NCBI RefSeq assembly: GCF_018977255.1
Contig: NW_024704743.1
Location: 48,920,001 to 48,984,000 of the forward strand
Direction: 5' to 3'
Source of the DNA: Callorhinchus milii
Lineage: Eukaryota
DNA: 64,000 bases
This document shows, one piece after another, positions 52,749 through 64,000 of this stretch (positions are counted from its first letter, which is position 1; each line of letters begins with the position of its first letter). The translations under genes and the position numbers were made by a program. The notes under the pieces were generated by a model. That model was not told the DNA's origin and ran no database searches. It worked only from the letters and a program-made list of their open reading frames with translations.

Positions 52749-55164
52749 ACAAACATATATTGAGTGTGTTTAAAATAAAATCAATGTTTTTGATGAATGG
52801 AATGGGACCATCAGCTTCACAGTCTGTTATGGGGAAGAAACTGCTTGAATCCTTCATAAGCAATTGGTATTAGTGCTGTGTGTGACTGTTTTCTGTTTTT
52901 AATACTTTTGATGCTATTTTGCTCACAAACAAACAGGTTTATTTCTACTTATGAAGAAATTTCAATCCTAGACTTTGTTTATAACAATCCTTGCATTTGA
53001 TATTGCGCCTTTCGTTTCAAGTGGATGTCTCAAAGCACGTCACAGGATTTGCTTTGTTTATGTTGTAGGTGAACACTAACTACCCTACATATGCTTAAAA
53101 AAACACATGTATTGTTTGGATTTATTTTGCTGCTATAATTGACCCTTTTATGCTGTAATGGTAAAGTGCTTCACAGGAGACTTGAAGATGGTAGGGTGGG
53201 TATCTGCAGTGATGAAGTCAGGTCAGCAAAAGGGACTTTTTCATTCGGGTATTCTGAAAGGATGAGATCAAATGGGCTGAAAGGCTTTCTTCATTTGAAC
53301 ATCTTGTGAGCAAACATACCAACGGTGACAATTCAAAGAAAATACCGGAGAAACCTGATTTGGATTCAAAATCTTTATTCTGCTGTAAGTACCAATTACG
53401 TAAAAAGCAAACATCAAAACGTCTTGTAACCTGGACGAGTATTTTTATTCTTGCAAGTGGAAACAGGTACAAGTATTATCAAAATTGTGTTGTCTAGATT
53501 GCCTTGTAGCAGCCCTGTAGGCAATCCGGTGGAAAACTGTTGATTTAATTACCCAGGGGATCTCAGTCATTGGTTCTTTTAAATTCAGCCTTGCTTATCG
53601 TATCTGTGCTTGTAAACTGTCACACTCAAAATTTTATTTTATATTATCTGTAATCATTTGTGGCACCTAACAGGATAAAAGCGTGAGAACATGGCTTACG
53701 TCAATGGTATAGATTCATATTTCAGCCGATGGCTGCGAATTATGAGAAAACAAGCTTCCTGTTTAATTTGGAAGTTTTATTTCCTGTCTTGTAAGTACAT
53801 GCACTTGTAGCAAGTGACTTGGTTGAGGGGAGGTGGGATGGACATAGTTCAATGGATCGAGTCTCTGGTACTTTCTGGTGTATTTGACATCTCCATGGTT
53901 TCAGTGATGAAAGCAATCCCAGGCCTCAGCTTTCTGGCCCAGATAAACATCTCTAATCACTTTCATGTGGAAATAAAAGGAGCTAGGGAACAGCAAAGAC
54001 TGACTGGCTTCAAGTCTTAATAAGAGGCCCAGGGACATACTTCTGTGAAATCATGTATAAATCATTTTTTAACCTTAGAAGAGGTCACTTTAGGCAGTTG
54101 AAGTTCTGTACTTCACATACATGTTCCTTCTCAACTGTGCACATAAATCTAACTTTTTACTTTGCAATTACTAGCACTGAGATTCAAAGCCAATGCATAT
54201 ATTTTTGTTTTGCTGTGTTACCATGCAGTGTTATCCGCCAAACCCTCCATCTGTCTGTACATCCGGTTAACTCCTTAACATTTGTATGCTTGTAAACCTC
54301 CAAATATTTAGAATCTTATGAACACTGTTTCTTTTCCACGAATCCGAAACTCACACACAGTGCATAAAGCAGTCCGTTAATTTAATAGTCTTCACGCTCC
54401 AAGTTCAAAGTGTAACAACATCTTTAGCAGTGTGCTATCAGATTTGAGAGTACAGTTAGAACATTACTAATTCTTCGCCAAATGCTTCACGTTTCTGAGC
54501 AATTTGGGTTTTAAATTTGTTGGAACACTTACTCATATTAAAATCAATTCCTTTTTTGTTAGTTATAATTTCAGACAATTTTTTTTCTTTCTGTCTTACA
54601 ACAACTTTCAGTTATATAGCGATCTTAACGATTCAACTGGAAGAAGGTGGTATCCTGCCCTATAGTCTCGTTTGTGACTGTCATCACCTGATCTTGGTTG
54701 AGGGGAATCACACTTTACACGAGTCATTGTTCTTCAGTCCGGGGATCTGTGTTGGATGTTGCTTTTTGTTCCTACCCAGTGCTCCCTCTCGTGGCCCAAT
54801 GTAAATAAAACACAAACACTTCAAAAAACACATTATGTGAAAATCCCTTTTCAACAATCACACACAGTGCTGGTTGCTGTTGCAGGTGAAGTATCCCCTT
54901 ATCGATTATAACTGAATAAGTTGTAAATCATGGCCACCGAGAAAACTTGGCACAGTCCAGTGAATTTCATGGATTTTCAGATGTTCGACTGGTCCAATTG
55001 AATGTGTATCAACGGTTACAATTATATGAAAGGAAAAATAGTTAGCCAAGAAATGTTACACGTCAGTCAAGATTATGCTTGGAACAGAATTGAGGTTCAA
55101 TAAGTGAGATTGAAAATAATGAACTGACAATTTTTTTTGCTTCAGCTTCAGCATTTTCATAAGA

Positions 55165-56085
55165 ATAAATAAATCCTTGCATTTGATATAGCACCTACAA
55201 CTTTGAAACATCTTAAAGTGCTTCACAGGGTATTGTTGTCAGACAATATTGACTGTGTATTTGTAGACAAATACAACATCTAATTTTCCTACAGCAATGT
55301 GCCACAAACAGTCTTGCAATGAATGACCAATTCAGCTGGAGGAATGTTAGCCAGGACACTGGGAGAAACACCCTTATCTTTTCAAATAATAAAAATAATA
55401 ATATTTTGCCCACAAATATACAGTCAATTCACTTTACAGTATATTCTGTGAAGATGTGTAAAGCGCTTTATCAAATGCAAGGATTATTATTATATTATTA
55501 TTAAATAGCATGAGGGGGCATAATAATGGTAATAATAATCCTTGCATTTAATATAGCACCTTATCATGTTGTGCTCCGCCACTATCAAGAGCTCTGGGAT
55601 GCTGCCCTGTTTGAGGAGCTCAAAGACGAGGATGACAGTCCAGTGCAATGCTTCATATTGAAGGATAAACCTGTTCAGGCCAATATTGAAGGCCCCATGG
55701 AACTGTTTATTTCCAGGCAAACATGGCAGACAATGTTCGGGTATCAGTGTTGCACAACCAGTTACAAGTGAACAACCAATGTTTTATCTGGGAGATTTTG
55801 GCCAGGACACTGGGGGAAAAATAATCCCTTCTCATTTGAAATAAATCTTTAACATCTTCCTGAATAGGCATTGAGACTATGGTTTCACACCTCATTCAAA
55901 AAGCCTCCAACAATTGAGCACTCCATTGTAGTGATCAGCACCTTGGGACGTCTTCCTGAGGTGAAAGGTGCTATACAAATGTAATTTGTTGTTGTTGTAG
56001 TGAAATGTCAGCCTAGACTTTGATCCCAAATTCCTGATGTGGGCCCTGAAACCACAACATTCTGACTCAGAGTGCTACCAACTAA
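55165..56085. mobile_element. Nest of SINE pieces (minus 55165-55385, plus tail 55405-55503, minus 55530-56085 disrupted) with an L2 tail at 55940-55998
   Basis: Repeated tail and Deu motifs on both strands. Confidence 0.8.
55571..55771 (+). pseudogene. Unidentified coding-like fragment (VLRHYQELWDAALFEELKDEDDSPVQCFILKDKPVQANIEGPMELF...) embedded in a SINE
   Basis: Over 60 open codons with GC3-rich coding-like codons in an AT-rich context; no start codon and no strong splice sites; protein not recognised. Confidence 0.35.
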
Positions 56086-56659
56086 TGGACCCTGATACTT
56101 AAATGGGAATGATAATTTGCACCAAATAACGTGCTCAAAATGTAATATAATTCTCTATTTGAGAACATTATGAACGTCACAGTCATTCAACCCGATTAAT
56201 TCTCACCAGTCCCTGCCTCATTCAGCTTAAAAAAAACTAAATAAATTTCCAGAAAGAACTCAGACAAAGACGAGCAACTTGTGTTTCTTGTGGCTCCTGC
56301 ATTCCCCATGTTGACTTTAACCCACAGATGAGTTGTTGTTCTAAAACAAACCTGGAATGGTCCAGTGGATTTTATGAATGGTGCCTTCAGCTGTTTGCCG
56401 AGCCTCATTATATTGTACTGAATATCTCAAAAGAACACAAAAGTTAGTTTGACCAGAAATATTGGTCTGGAATCAGGATTTTTGTAGCCTGCAATTGAAT
56501 TCCAACACTTTGAACTATTATTTCATATCTAGGATTCACTCAAAAAACATGTAGTGGAAAATGCTTGACATAAACAGGTTTTACAAATAAAACTTATCAA
56601 ACAGTGCAAATCTGTCCGTGTTTTTGATTTCCCAACAACACATTTATATCGGCAAAAAT

Positions 56660-56935
56660 ATAAGATAACCAGAGGCAGATCTAATGAGGAACTTAAGAGG
56701 AACTTCTCTCTACAGAAGGTGGTGAGAATGTGAAACTCACTACTAGAGCTGTGCTAGAAGCAGTAACACATCAACATATTTAAGAGGAAATGTGATGCCT
56801 ACATAACGAAGAAGGAAATAGCGGCTTATGGGAGAAGGGATGAGGAGGGGTGGATGCTCTTGTGGAGAATAAACACTGGCATTGAATAATTGAGCCGAAT
56901 ATCCTGTTTCACTACTGTAACATTCTTGGTAATTC
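56660..56935 (+). mobile_element. CR1 3' fragment
   Basis: gaggaacttctctctacagaaggtggtgagaatgtgaaactcactac...ttgagccgaatatcctgtttc. Confidence 0.8.
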
Positions 56936-58023
56936 TATTTCTCTGATACGGAAAACATTGATGAAACACCTTTGTTCAAAAGGGAGAATTGAATAACCAG
57001 TAACATCTAAGTTCTGCAAACTTGTAGACACCAGAGGATGTGATAATATTAATACATGGGTTGATTAAAGACAGTCGGTAATAATTTGTTAAAGGCAAGT
57101 CTTTCTTGTCAAATCTAATAGTTTTTTTTGACATACATAAGGCAGGTAAAAGGGAATGAGTGGGTTGCTCTTTCAAAGAATTAGCACAGATGGGCTGAAA
57201 GGTGGTCTACTCCTGTGTTGTGATGTTCTATGACGTTCTAAAGCTGTCAAAAGTGTTATTACAGACTTTGGTAACTTACATTTGTTGTTGAAAACATCTG
57301 AATACTACTGCAGGAGATGATGTACAATAATGTTGCTCGTTGGTAGTATTGATAAGAGGGAAAGTCAGTGGCATGCTTAAATGTCAAAAAAAACCTTGCA
57401 GACTGATAAAACGATATAGTACATATTTCAGTGGGCTGATCTTACTTTCACAGTTTCATCATTTTCAACCATATAAAATCCAATACTCTGCCAAACTCTC
57501 CCTCCAGGATTTTGTTAGTCAAAAATGAGATGCATTTCCCAAAATATACATACGGAGCAGACCTTTCAGTAATTTTTCCAACAGCGATTTCTCCGAGTTA
57601 TTCGTCTTTCTGATCAGAGTTTGCAGGTTGGTAATTTCTGAAGAAATGATGACGATGATTTCTACTTCACACAAATTGACCTGAAATCTGAATGTGCTGC
57701 AAAATAATCTGTATTTAATAATATATAACAATGGTAAATGACTGTGATAATTGCTGCAGTCTAACATTCTGTTCAATATAAATGCAATGCATGTGACCTA
57801 TTTCTTCACAGCATATTTGGAGCCTGACTTTAAGTATTGTTAATCTGCCATTTACTCTGGAGGTGCACTGAACTCCAGGACTTTGAGACTTCCTGCGTGA
57901 AGGCTCTCTACAAATGAATGCTGTTGTTCTTTTTGTTGTTGTAGTTGAACTGAATAATGCCCATTTCAAGAACTGAGCATGAAACTTGAATCTACTTCAA
58001 CATTTCTGAATGGTATGTTCCCT

Positions 58024-58300
58024 CAACAACAACTTGTATTCATGTAGCACCCTTAATGCAGGATAGTCTCAGAGCGCTGCACAGTGATGGGGTTGGATGC
58101 TGAGCAAGGGAGAAGGGAGGAGGGGTAGGTCTTAAGTAGGATTTAAAAATAGATAAAGAGGGGGTGAGCCGGAGGGATTGAGGCATGAAGTTTCAGCGGT
58201 AGAGGTGCAGGGGCTTAGAAGCGTGGAGAGGTTGGGGAACGTGCTTACTTAAGAAATGGCCAGGGTAACTAAGCGAAGGCAACAGGCAGACGCGTGGGGT
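58024..58300 (-). mobile_element. L2 3' relic
   Basis: caacaacaacttgtattcatgtagcaccc...aggtcttaagtaggatttaaa. Confidence 0.7.
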
Positions 58301-59869
58301 ACGAATAGCTTTAAAAAGTAATTTCTATTTCTCCCAACTCCTTTCTCCCCACTCTTCCTTCCCATATAGCATATTTATTTATAAATACATAGCGACAAAT
58401 TTACTAACTGTGTGGAAGAGAGCACACTTCAGCAAATTCACGTTGTGAAGTAAAAAATAAACATGTAGGAGTCATTTCCCCATGGTTAATAAATTGCGCA
58501 AGAGTTTGCTTGCCTTACTTGTTGAATGAAATGTGTGAAAAGTCAGTCCTTCGCTAAGATCGAACAAGAACATAGGAAATTACAGGATCAGAAAAAAACA
58601 TTGTGGTTTATCCGGCCAGACCCAAGGTAAAAATAAATATTGAACAATCCTCTCATATACCTCAACTAAATTATTCATGAAATAGCTGTATGATTCCCTC
58701 TTGAATTTACTGGCATGGTCTACCTCTATTCCCTTTCATAAACAATCTATTCTACATATTCACCATTCTGTATGTAACATAAAGAAATCTGAATAAAATA
58801 ATAAATAATTTCTGCATTTAACACAGGCCCCTGCATTGCAGATGGTGTATGTTATAGGCTAATGCCTAGAAATATTTGTCTAGAATCAAGAAACATTTCA
58901 AATGTCCACAGCCTAATGCCAGGATGACCTGTACACTTCAGTGAATGTTAGATAATGACAAACATAAAGGAAAATGGACTCGGAACAGAGTGCTATACAT
59001 GGACCTGAAAAATAACTATTTATGTAACAAAAATTAAGTTCACGCCGCAATTTATTCTTCAGGAAGGATTACTGAAAAGCACGTTTCTCTACACTTCCAG
59101 ACAAACCTATAGAAGCTTGTTTTATTTGACTATTTCTAGTATTTTCTTCCCCAAGTGAACAATCAATCATAATGTCTTGTAGCACATTCGAAGGGAACGG
59201 AGTGACCCTATTGTATGCATCAGTTGCATGCTACATACAGCTCAAAATTGCCTTCAAAACTCTTCAGAAATAACTGTCCATGAGATAATGCCACAATAGA
59301 GGTCCTGTCGTGGACAATAACGAGCCACAGGGGGAAGCAGGGTTAGGTGAGGAGAATAAGTGGACCTGGTGGAATTAGGCGAAGGACACATTAATGCAGC
59401 TCTGGCATTAGTAAAACAATATACTTACTTTATTTTTGTGAAAAAAAGTTTCCTTTGAAAGTAAATATATTTGTAGACTTCCCAAAATTCTAAACTTGAT
59501 CCCCCTCCCTTATGGTTAAAAGAGAAGACTTGATCTGCACAATCTAAGCTACTCTGTGTACTGCCCCTTTATAATACACGACTAAAGGCAAATCCTTGCC
59601 TGAGTCCCAGCAGCTCACTAGTATTTGGGGGCTTTAGACCACCTTAAATAAACAGACCGCCTTAAATGATCTCTGTTCAACAACAATAACAACTTGCATT
59701 TACATAGTGCCCTTCACATGGGGTAGCATCTCGGAGAGCTTAACAGTAACAAAACACGAGGCATAGAGAACGGAGCCAGCCTTTCAGTGTTAAGGATGTA
59801 AATATTAATAATTGTGAAAATATACAATGGGTATCCTTTCACTTCGGTTATATACCACCATATAATAAT

Positions 59870-60050
59870 CATAATAATAATCTTTGCATTTGATATAGCA
59901 CTTTTTACGCCTTGGGACGTCCTCCTGACGTGAAAGGCGCTTTATAAATGGAATCTTGTTGTTGTTGTTGTTGTTCACGTCTTCTCGATGTCTCAAAGCG
60001 CTTCACAGAATAGACTGTAAAGTGAATTGACTGTATATTTGTGGGCGAAA
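59870..60050 (-). mobile_element. Tail-only SINE interrupted by an antisense L2 (GTT)n tail (59910-59974)
   Basis: ttgcatttgatatagcactttttacg | ccttgggacgtcctcctgacgtgaaaggcgc...(gtt)n | cacgtcttctcgatgtctcaaagcgcttcacag. Confidence 0.85.
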
Positions 60051-60889
60051 TATAAATTGAACTGTCAATCTAACCGCATTCCTTGCACCTTCCAACTTCA
60101 ACCTGGATAGTTGTTTGCTAAATTAAAGCGATCTTTGTGTCAGTCCATCAATCTGCCTGACTGAAACTCCACTGTCCTGTCATCACAAACAACAAGTCGT
60201 TTCTATGTCAAGCTCTAAATTGAGAGAATGTTTAGCACTCGCCAATAAGTTACAGCTAATAAACTGACAGGATCTAAGTCTTGGCAATCACAGCTCTGTT
60301 CTGTCAATGGATGTGGTTCACTCCGCAAGAAACAAACAAGGTACACAGCACATTCCTCATTTCTATTTAAACCTTGTCTTCACTCGGTTATGGTTACATG
60401 AGACATCCCATCATACAGCTTGAAGCTATCGCAATTCCTCTCTTCCTTTGAACATAAAAGATTTTAAAGGCAAGTTGATTGAAAGTCTAAAGACAATCCA
60501 CTCAAGACTGTGCACTTTAAATCTCGAACACACATTTTTTCCCCCCTGGGCTATTTGCAGAGCTTTTTGCAGTTGGCAGGTACTTCACCAGGATGATGGA
60601 CAGGACCTTAAAAAACATATGAAGAACAGCTCATTTATCTTCAGAAAGGGTAGACAGCCATTGTCTTGCTCTTTTCCCTCTTTCATTTTCTTGTTCATAG
60701 TTAAAATCTTCATGTGAAAAACAAGGGGATTTGTGGTCTCTTGAGAAATTAAGCACAGAAAATTGATTTAAAATAACCAAATGTACAAATAGTAAATAAA
60801 AACCTCAGGCCCCCAAAGTAAGGTTAACTGTTATATCCACAACACATCTGACCTGGAGAAAGCAATACTATGTTTTTTTCACATGTTAA

Positions 60890-61002
60890 ATGTCTGACAC
60901 ATGCGGAAAACTATCACTATGCTTAAGGGTATCCAAACCAAACTGAGAATTCCATGCATCCCATCTTCACATGATAATTTCAGAGATGTTTCTATTGGAG
61001 CA
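60890..61002. repeat. Solo arm of the 27660-28135 MITE family
   Basis: tgtctgacacatgcgga...atgcttaagggtatccaaaccaaactgagaattccatgcatccca is the reverse complement of ~27705-27780. Confidence 0.8.
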
Positions 61003-62159
61003 CTATCTCCCTGGAGGGATACATTCTGTTTACCTAATTCCAGAGAATATTAGACGCAAGTTGGTAAGAGCCAAGGCTTAGGGACCAGAGTGTGCATTGG
61101 GGTACTGCTGGAGTCTAACCAGCTAAAATTGAATAGCCTATCATCGAAAGCACTGTCTGGCAAGCTGTCCCACTGCTTGTCCAACTGGGGTGACCCTACC
61201 CGTTAGGGCTTTGGCTTGCAGGATTAATGGGAGCTGAGTGGAATTATTTATTTTTCCCAGTGACTGGTCTGCCCTTCCAAGTCCTGCTGTGCCCTGGAGT
61301 ATTGAAGACCCATTTGGCTCAGGAACTGGACTACTGAGACCGCCACAGAGGGTGGCCAAACATGTCACCTTAGAATCAGTTCAGCTCCACAAAGACTCCA
61401 TATAAATTTGGTTACTCAATCCGTGGCTGTTTCAGTACCTTGGGATGTCTTCCTGACGTGAAAGGCGCTATACAAATGTAATCTTGTTGTTGTTGTTGTT
61501 TGTGGGACAATTATTTGATTAGAACCCAGTGTCAAATTGTTACAAGTTGCAAATACATCTATACCACACATATTAAAGGAAAACAAAATACCTGATATTC
61601 CCAAAGAAGCTTCATGTCTATTGATGTCTATATAGGCTTGTTAAACTTTTAATATCCATATCATTGATCTGATATCTCTGCTAATATTGACCAGGATAAC
61701 AATTTTGCAATTGTGACTCCAAACAGTGAGGCCAGCATTGTTCATTGACGTTTTGTCAAGTTCTACCAAACATAAGCAGCATGTGCTTTCGGGCCACAAA
61801 TGTTCACACAAACCCCAGTCAGCCACAAGTGAGTCCTTATAAATTGAGATCCTGAAAGGTATTGGCTGAGACTTCCGAACAGATAGTAGACTTACCGGGA
61901 TACAACACATTAATATCTCTATCATTCATGTAGTATGCAGCCAGTGTCACTCAAAATACACAAGCAAAGTGTAATAACTGTATATGTAGACAAGTATGAA
62001 TCTATTTGCACCAGCAAGGACCCACAAACAGCCATAAGGTGAATGACCAATTGATTTGGAAGATTACTGGCCAGGATACTGAGAGAAACTCTTTCTCTTT
62101 TCAAATAGTATTATGAACTGTTTACTGTTCACCATAAGCAACACAGGCTGACCTTAGTT

Positions 62160-62516
62160 TAATAATAATACTTGCATTTTTATATACAGTAGGACCTTAT
62201 CATATCATCAAGATGTCTGAAAGTGCTTCATAGTACAGTGAATTAACTGTATATTTTGTGGGCGAAATGTGGCAGCCAATTGTGCACAGCAGTGTCCCAT
62301 AAACAGTCGTGGATTGAATGACCTTTTTTTAAGAGATTATTACCGCCAGCAAGCGATCCGACAATCGACTAACAACCGGGTTCCTACTTACTGCTAGGTA
62401 AACAGAGGCGTGTGGAATAAGGATACTCTCCCAAGGTTTCTCCCTGCCCGGGAATTGAACTTGGGCCCTTTCACTTGCAAGGCAATTGCTCTAACCAATA
62501 CACTACAGGACTCCAC
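62160..62516 (-). mobile_element. tRNA-Ala-derived SINE, long form, full length
   Basis: Minus strand reads gtggagtcctgtag ... cacgcctctgtttacctagcagtaagtaggaacccggttgttagtc ... tail. Confidence 0.9.
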
Positions 62517-62699
62517 TCTACAGGACTTTAATGTTCATTGAAGGCTAAGCATATTTTTGTATGGGTAAATCTCCCTTTTTAGGATGTTTTCTATTCTTTC
62601 CACTTAACCAGATTAGGAAGGGATCTATCTTTGGCAATAGAAATGGAAAATCATGACTCTCATAGATCAAATTTTACATCCAAGTTAAAGAATATAATA

Positions 62700-62910
62700 C
62701 TAATAATAATCTTTGCATTTGGTTTAACACCTTATCATGTCATCGAGACATCTCAAACCGTATACATTGTAAAGTGATGTGACTGTGTGAATTTTGTGAA
62801 CAAGCACGACAGTCAATTTGGCCACAGCAAAGTCCCACAAACAGCCATGGGGTGAGTGACCAATTCTATTTGAGCAATTGTTGGCCAGGACACGAGGATA
62901 AACTCCCTTC
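62700..62910 (-). mobile_element. Old Deu-SINE 3' half
   Basis: (taa)n ctttgcattt...gtcccacaaacagccatgg...ttggccaggacacg. Confidence 0.8.
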
Positions 62911-62919
62911 CTTAGTTAA

Positions 62920-63815
62920 ATAAGAACATAAGAAGATAAGAACAGGAGTCAGCTTTTCAAACCTCCTCCACTATTTTATCAGACAAATGGCTGATCTACA
63001 ATGTTACATCTTTTCATACCCTTGCACCAAATCCCTTGATACTCCTGCCTACCAAATATTCAACTGTCTCCCTCTTGAATATTTCAATGAACACAGCATC
63101 TACAACCTTTAGGTGTAGTGACCAACACCTTGTGTGAAAAAATATTTGCTGATTTCGCTCTTAATCTGTTTAGCTCTAATTTAAAGATGATGTCCTCTGG
63201 TTCAGGATTCCTCTACGGAAGAAAATACTTCCCTCTATCAACCTTGGCAAATCCTTTGACCATTTTAAACCCTCTTTCAGTGTGCTGCTTCATTTATTTT
63301 TTTCAGCTTTCCTAGGTTACCTCAACAAAATGGAAATTATGAAAATGAATGAACAAATAAAACCAAGCTCAAGCTCACAGTCTAGGCTGACATTCTTCAA
63401 TAGTACAAGAGGAGTATGACATTCACAGAGATATCATCTTTCAGAATATAATAACTGAAACAATCTAATTAAGAGCAAACTAAAGTACAAACAGGCTATT
63501 TTTGAAGAGATATGTCATTTTAGAATAATATTTTAACCAAATTGTCAGCTACTGATTAATTTATACATATGCCCCCTCGTTTTGGACTCACCAAAAAATG
63601 TGAAAACTCATTAACATCTACCTTATCATATCCTTTTATAATCTTACAAACCTCTATTAGGTCCTCTCTCAATCATCTCATCTCCAGAGAGAAAAGCTAC
63701 AACCAGTCCAATCATTCTTGATAGCTGTATCCAATAAACCTGGTAACATACTTGTAAATCTACAGTGTACTCCTTCCAGTGGGTTTCAAACAGTATCATA
63801 TTGGTAACACAAATC
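62920..63815 (-). mobile_element. CR1 fragments (62920-63280 and 63590-63815)
   Basis: aagaacataagaagataagaacaggagt terminus; ttacaaacctctattaggtcctctctcaatc. Confidence 0.75.
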
Positions 63816-64000
63816 AAAAATGGCCACTCATGTGGTAATTGAAAGTGTGTACCTTCTGCTCTAGAAGTAGATCAAGTCGGAGTGAAATTCTAATGGGTTG
63901 AGTTCCAGTGCCACACTCAGCAGCAGGAGCCATTACCAGTATCAGGGTCACTATTTGTAACTCCTGTCGCAGAAACTAGATTTAGATTTCAAAATGTTTT

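Noticed and set aside
53322..53384. Minus-strand exon QNKDFESKSGFSGIFFELSPL
   Set aside because: Phase is incompatible with the nearest upstream candidate exon and no homology is recognised.
57646..57691. C/D box snoRNA (ATGATGA...CTGA)
   Set aside because: Only ~45 nt between the boxes, no terminal stem and no recognisable rRNA guide.
58680..58695. Partial match to miR-9 3' end (tagctgtatga)
   Set aside because: Only 11 nt, no seed and no hairpin, and it lies in a CR1-like relic. I found no known miRNA precursor in the window.
2025..62104. Recurrent similar ORFs (e.g. IQSIHFTVYSVKRFET, IIIILAFDIA, SKETCPRF, MDVKDP)
   Set aside because: Translations of non-coding SINE sequence, not a gene family.

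Overview
AT-rich, CpG-poor vertebrate non-coding DNA (long intron or gene desert). The repeat content (Deu-domain SINEs, L2 LINE 3' ends with (GTT)n tails, CR1 3' ends, a Penelope-type palindromic element) points to a cartilaginous fish, possibly a chimaera; that assignment is inference. I could not support any host protein-coding gene. Nearly all listed ORFs are chance or repeat-derived, and the only recognisable proteins are decayed L2 and CR1 ORF2 C-terminal fragments. The window is dominated by a young tRNA-Ala(TGC)-headed SINE with a CORE-like middle and a Deu/L2-type (ATT)n tail, older Deu-SINEs, L2 and CR1 relics and several hairpin MITEs, separated by unique blocks that look like enhancers. 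I cannot show a new biological system from sequence alone. The best leads are: (1) more than a dozen ~110-bp SINE tail copies that all start at the same TTCGCCCAC boundary; (2) a 13-bp-TSD palindromic element with a degenerate hammerhead ribozyme core; (3) a coding-like ~190-bp fragment lodged antisense inside a SINE; (4) a compact pseudoknot/switch-like structure at 31.6 kb in unique sequence; (5) fold-back hairpins and tail-matching target sites at retroelement junctions. Coordinates were read by eye and may be off by a few bases.
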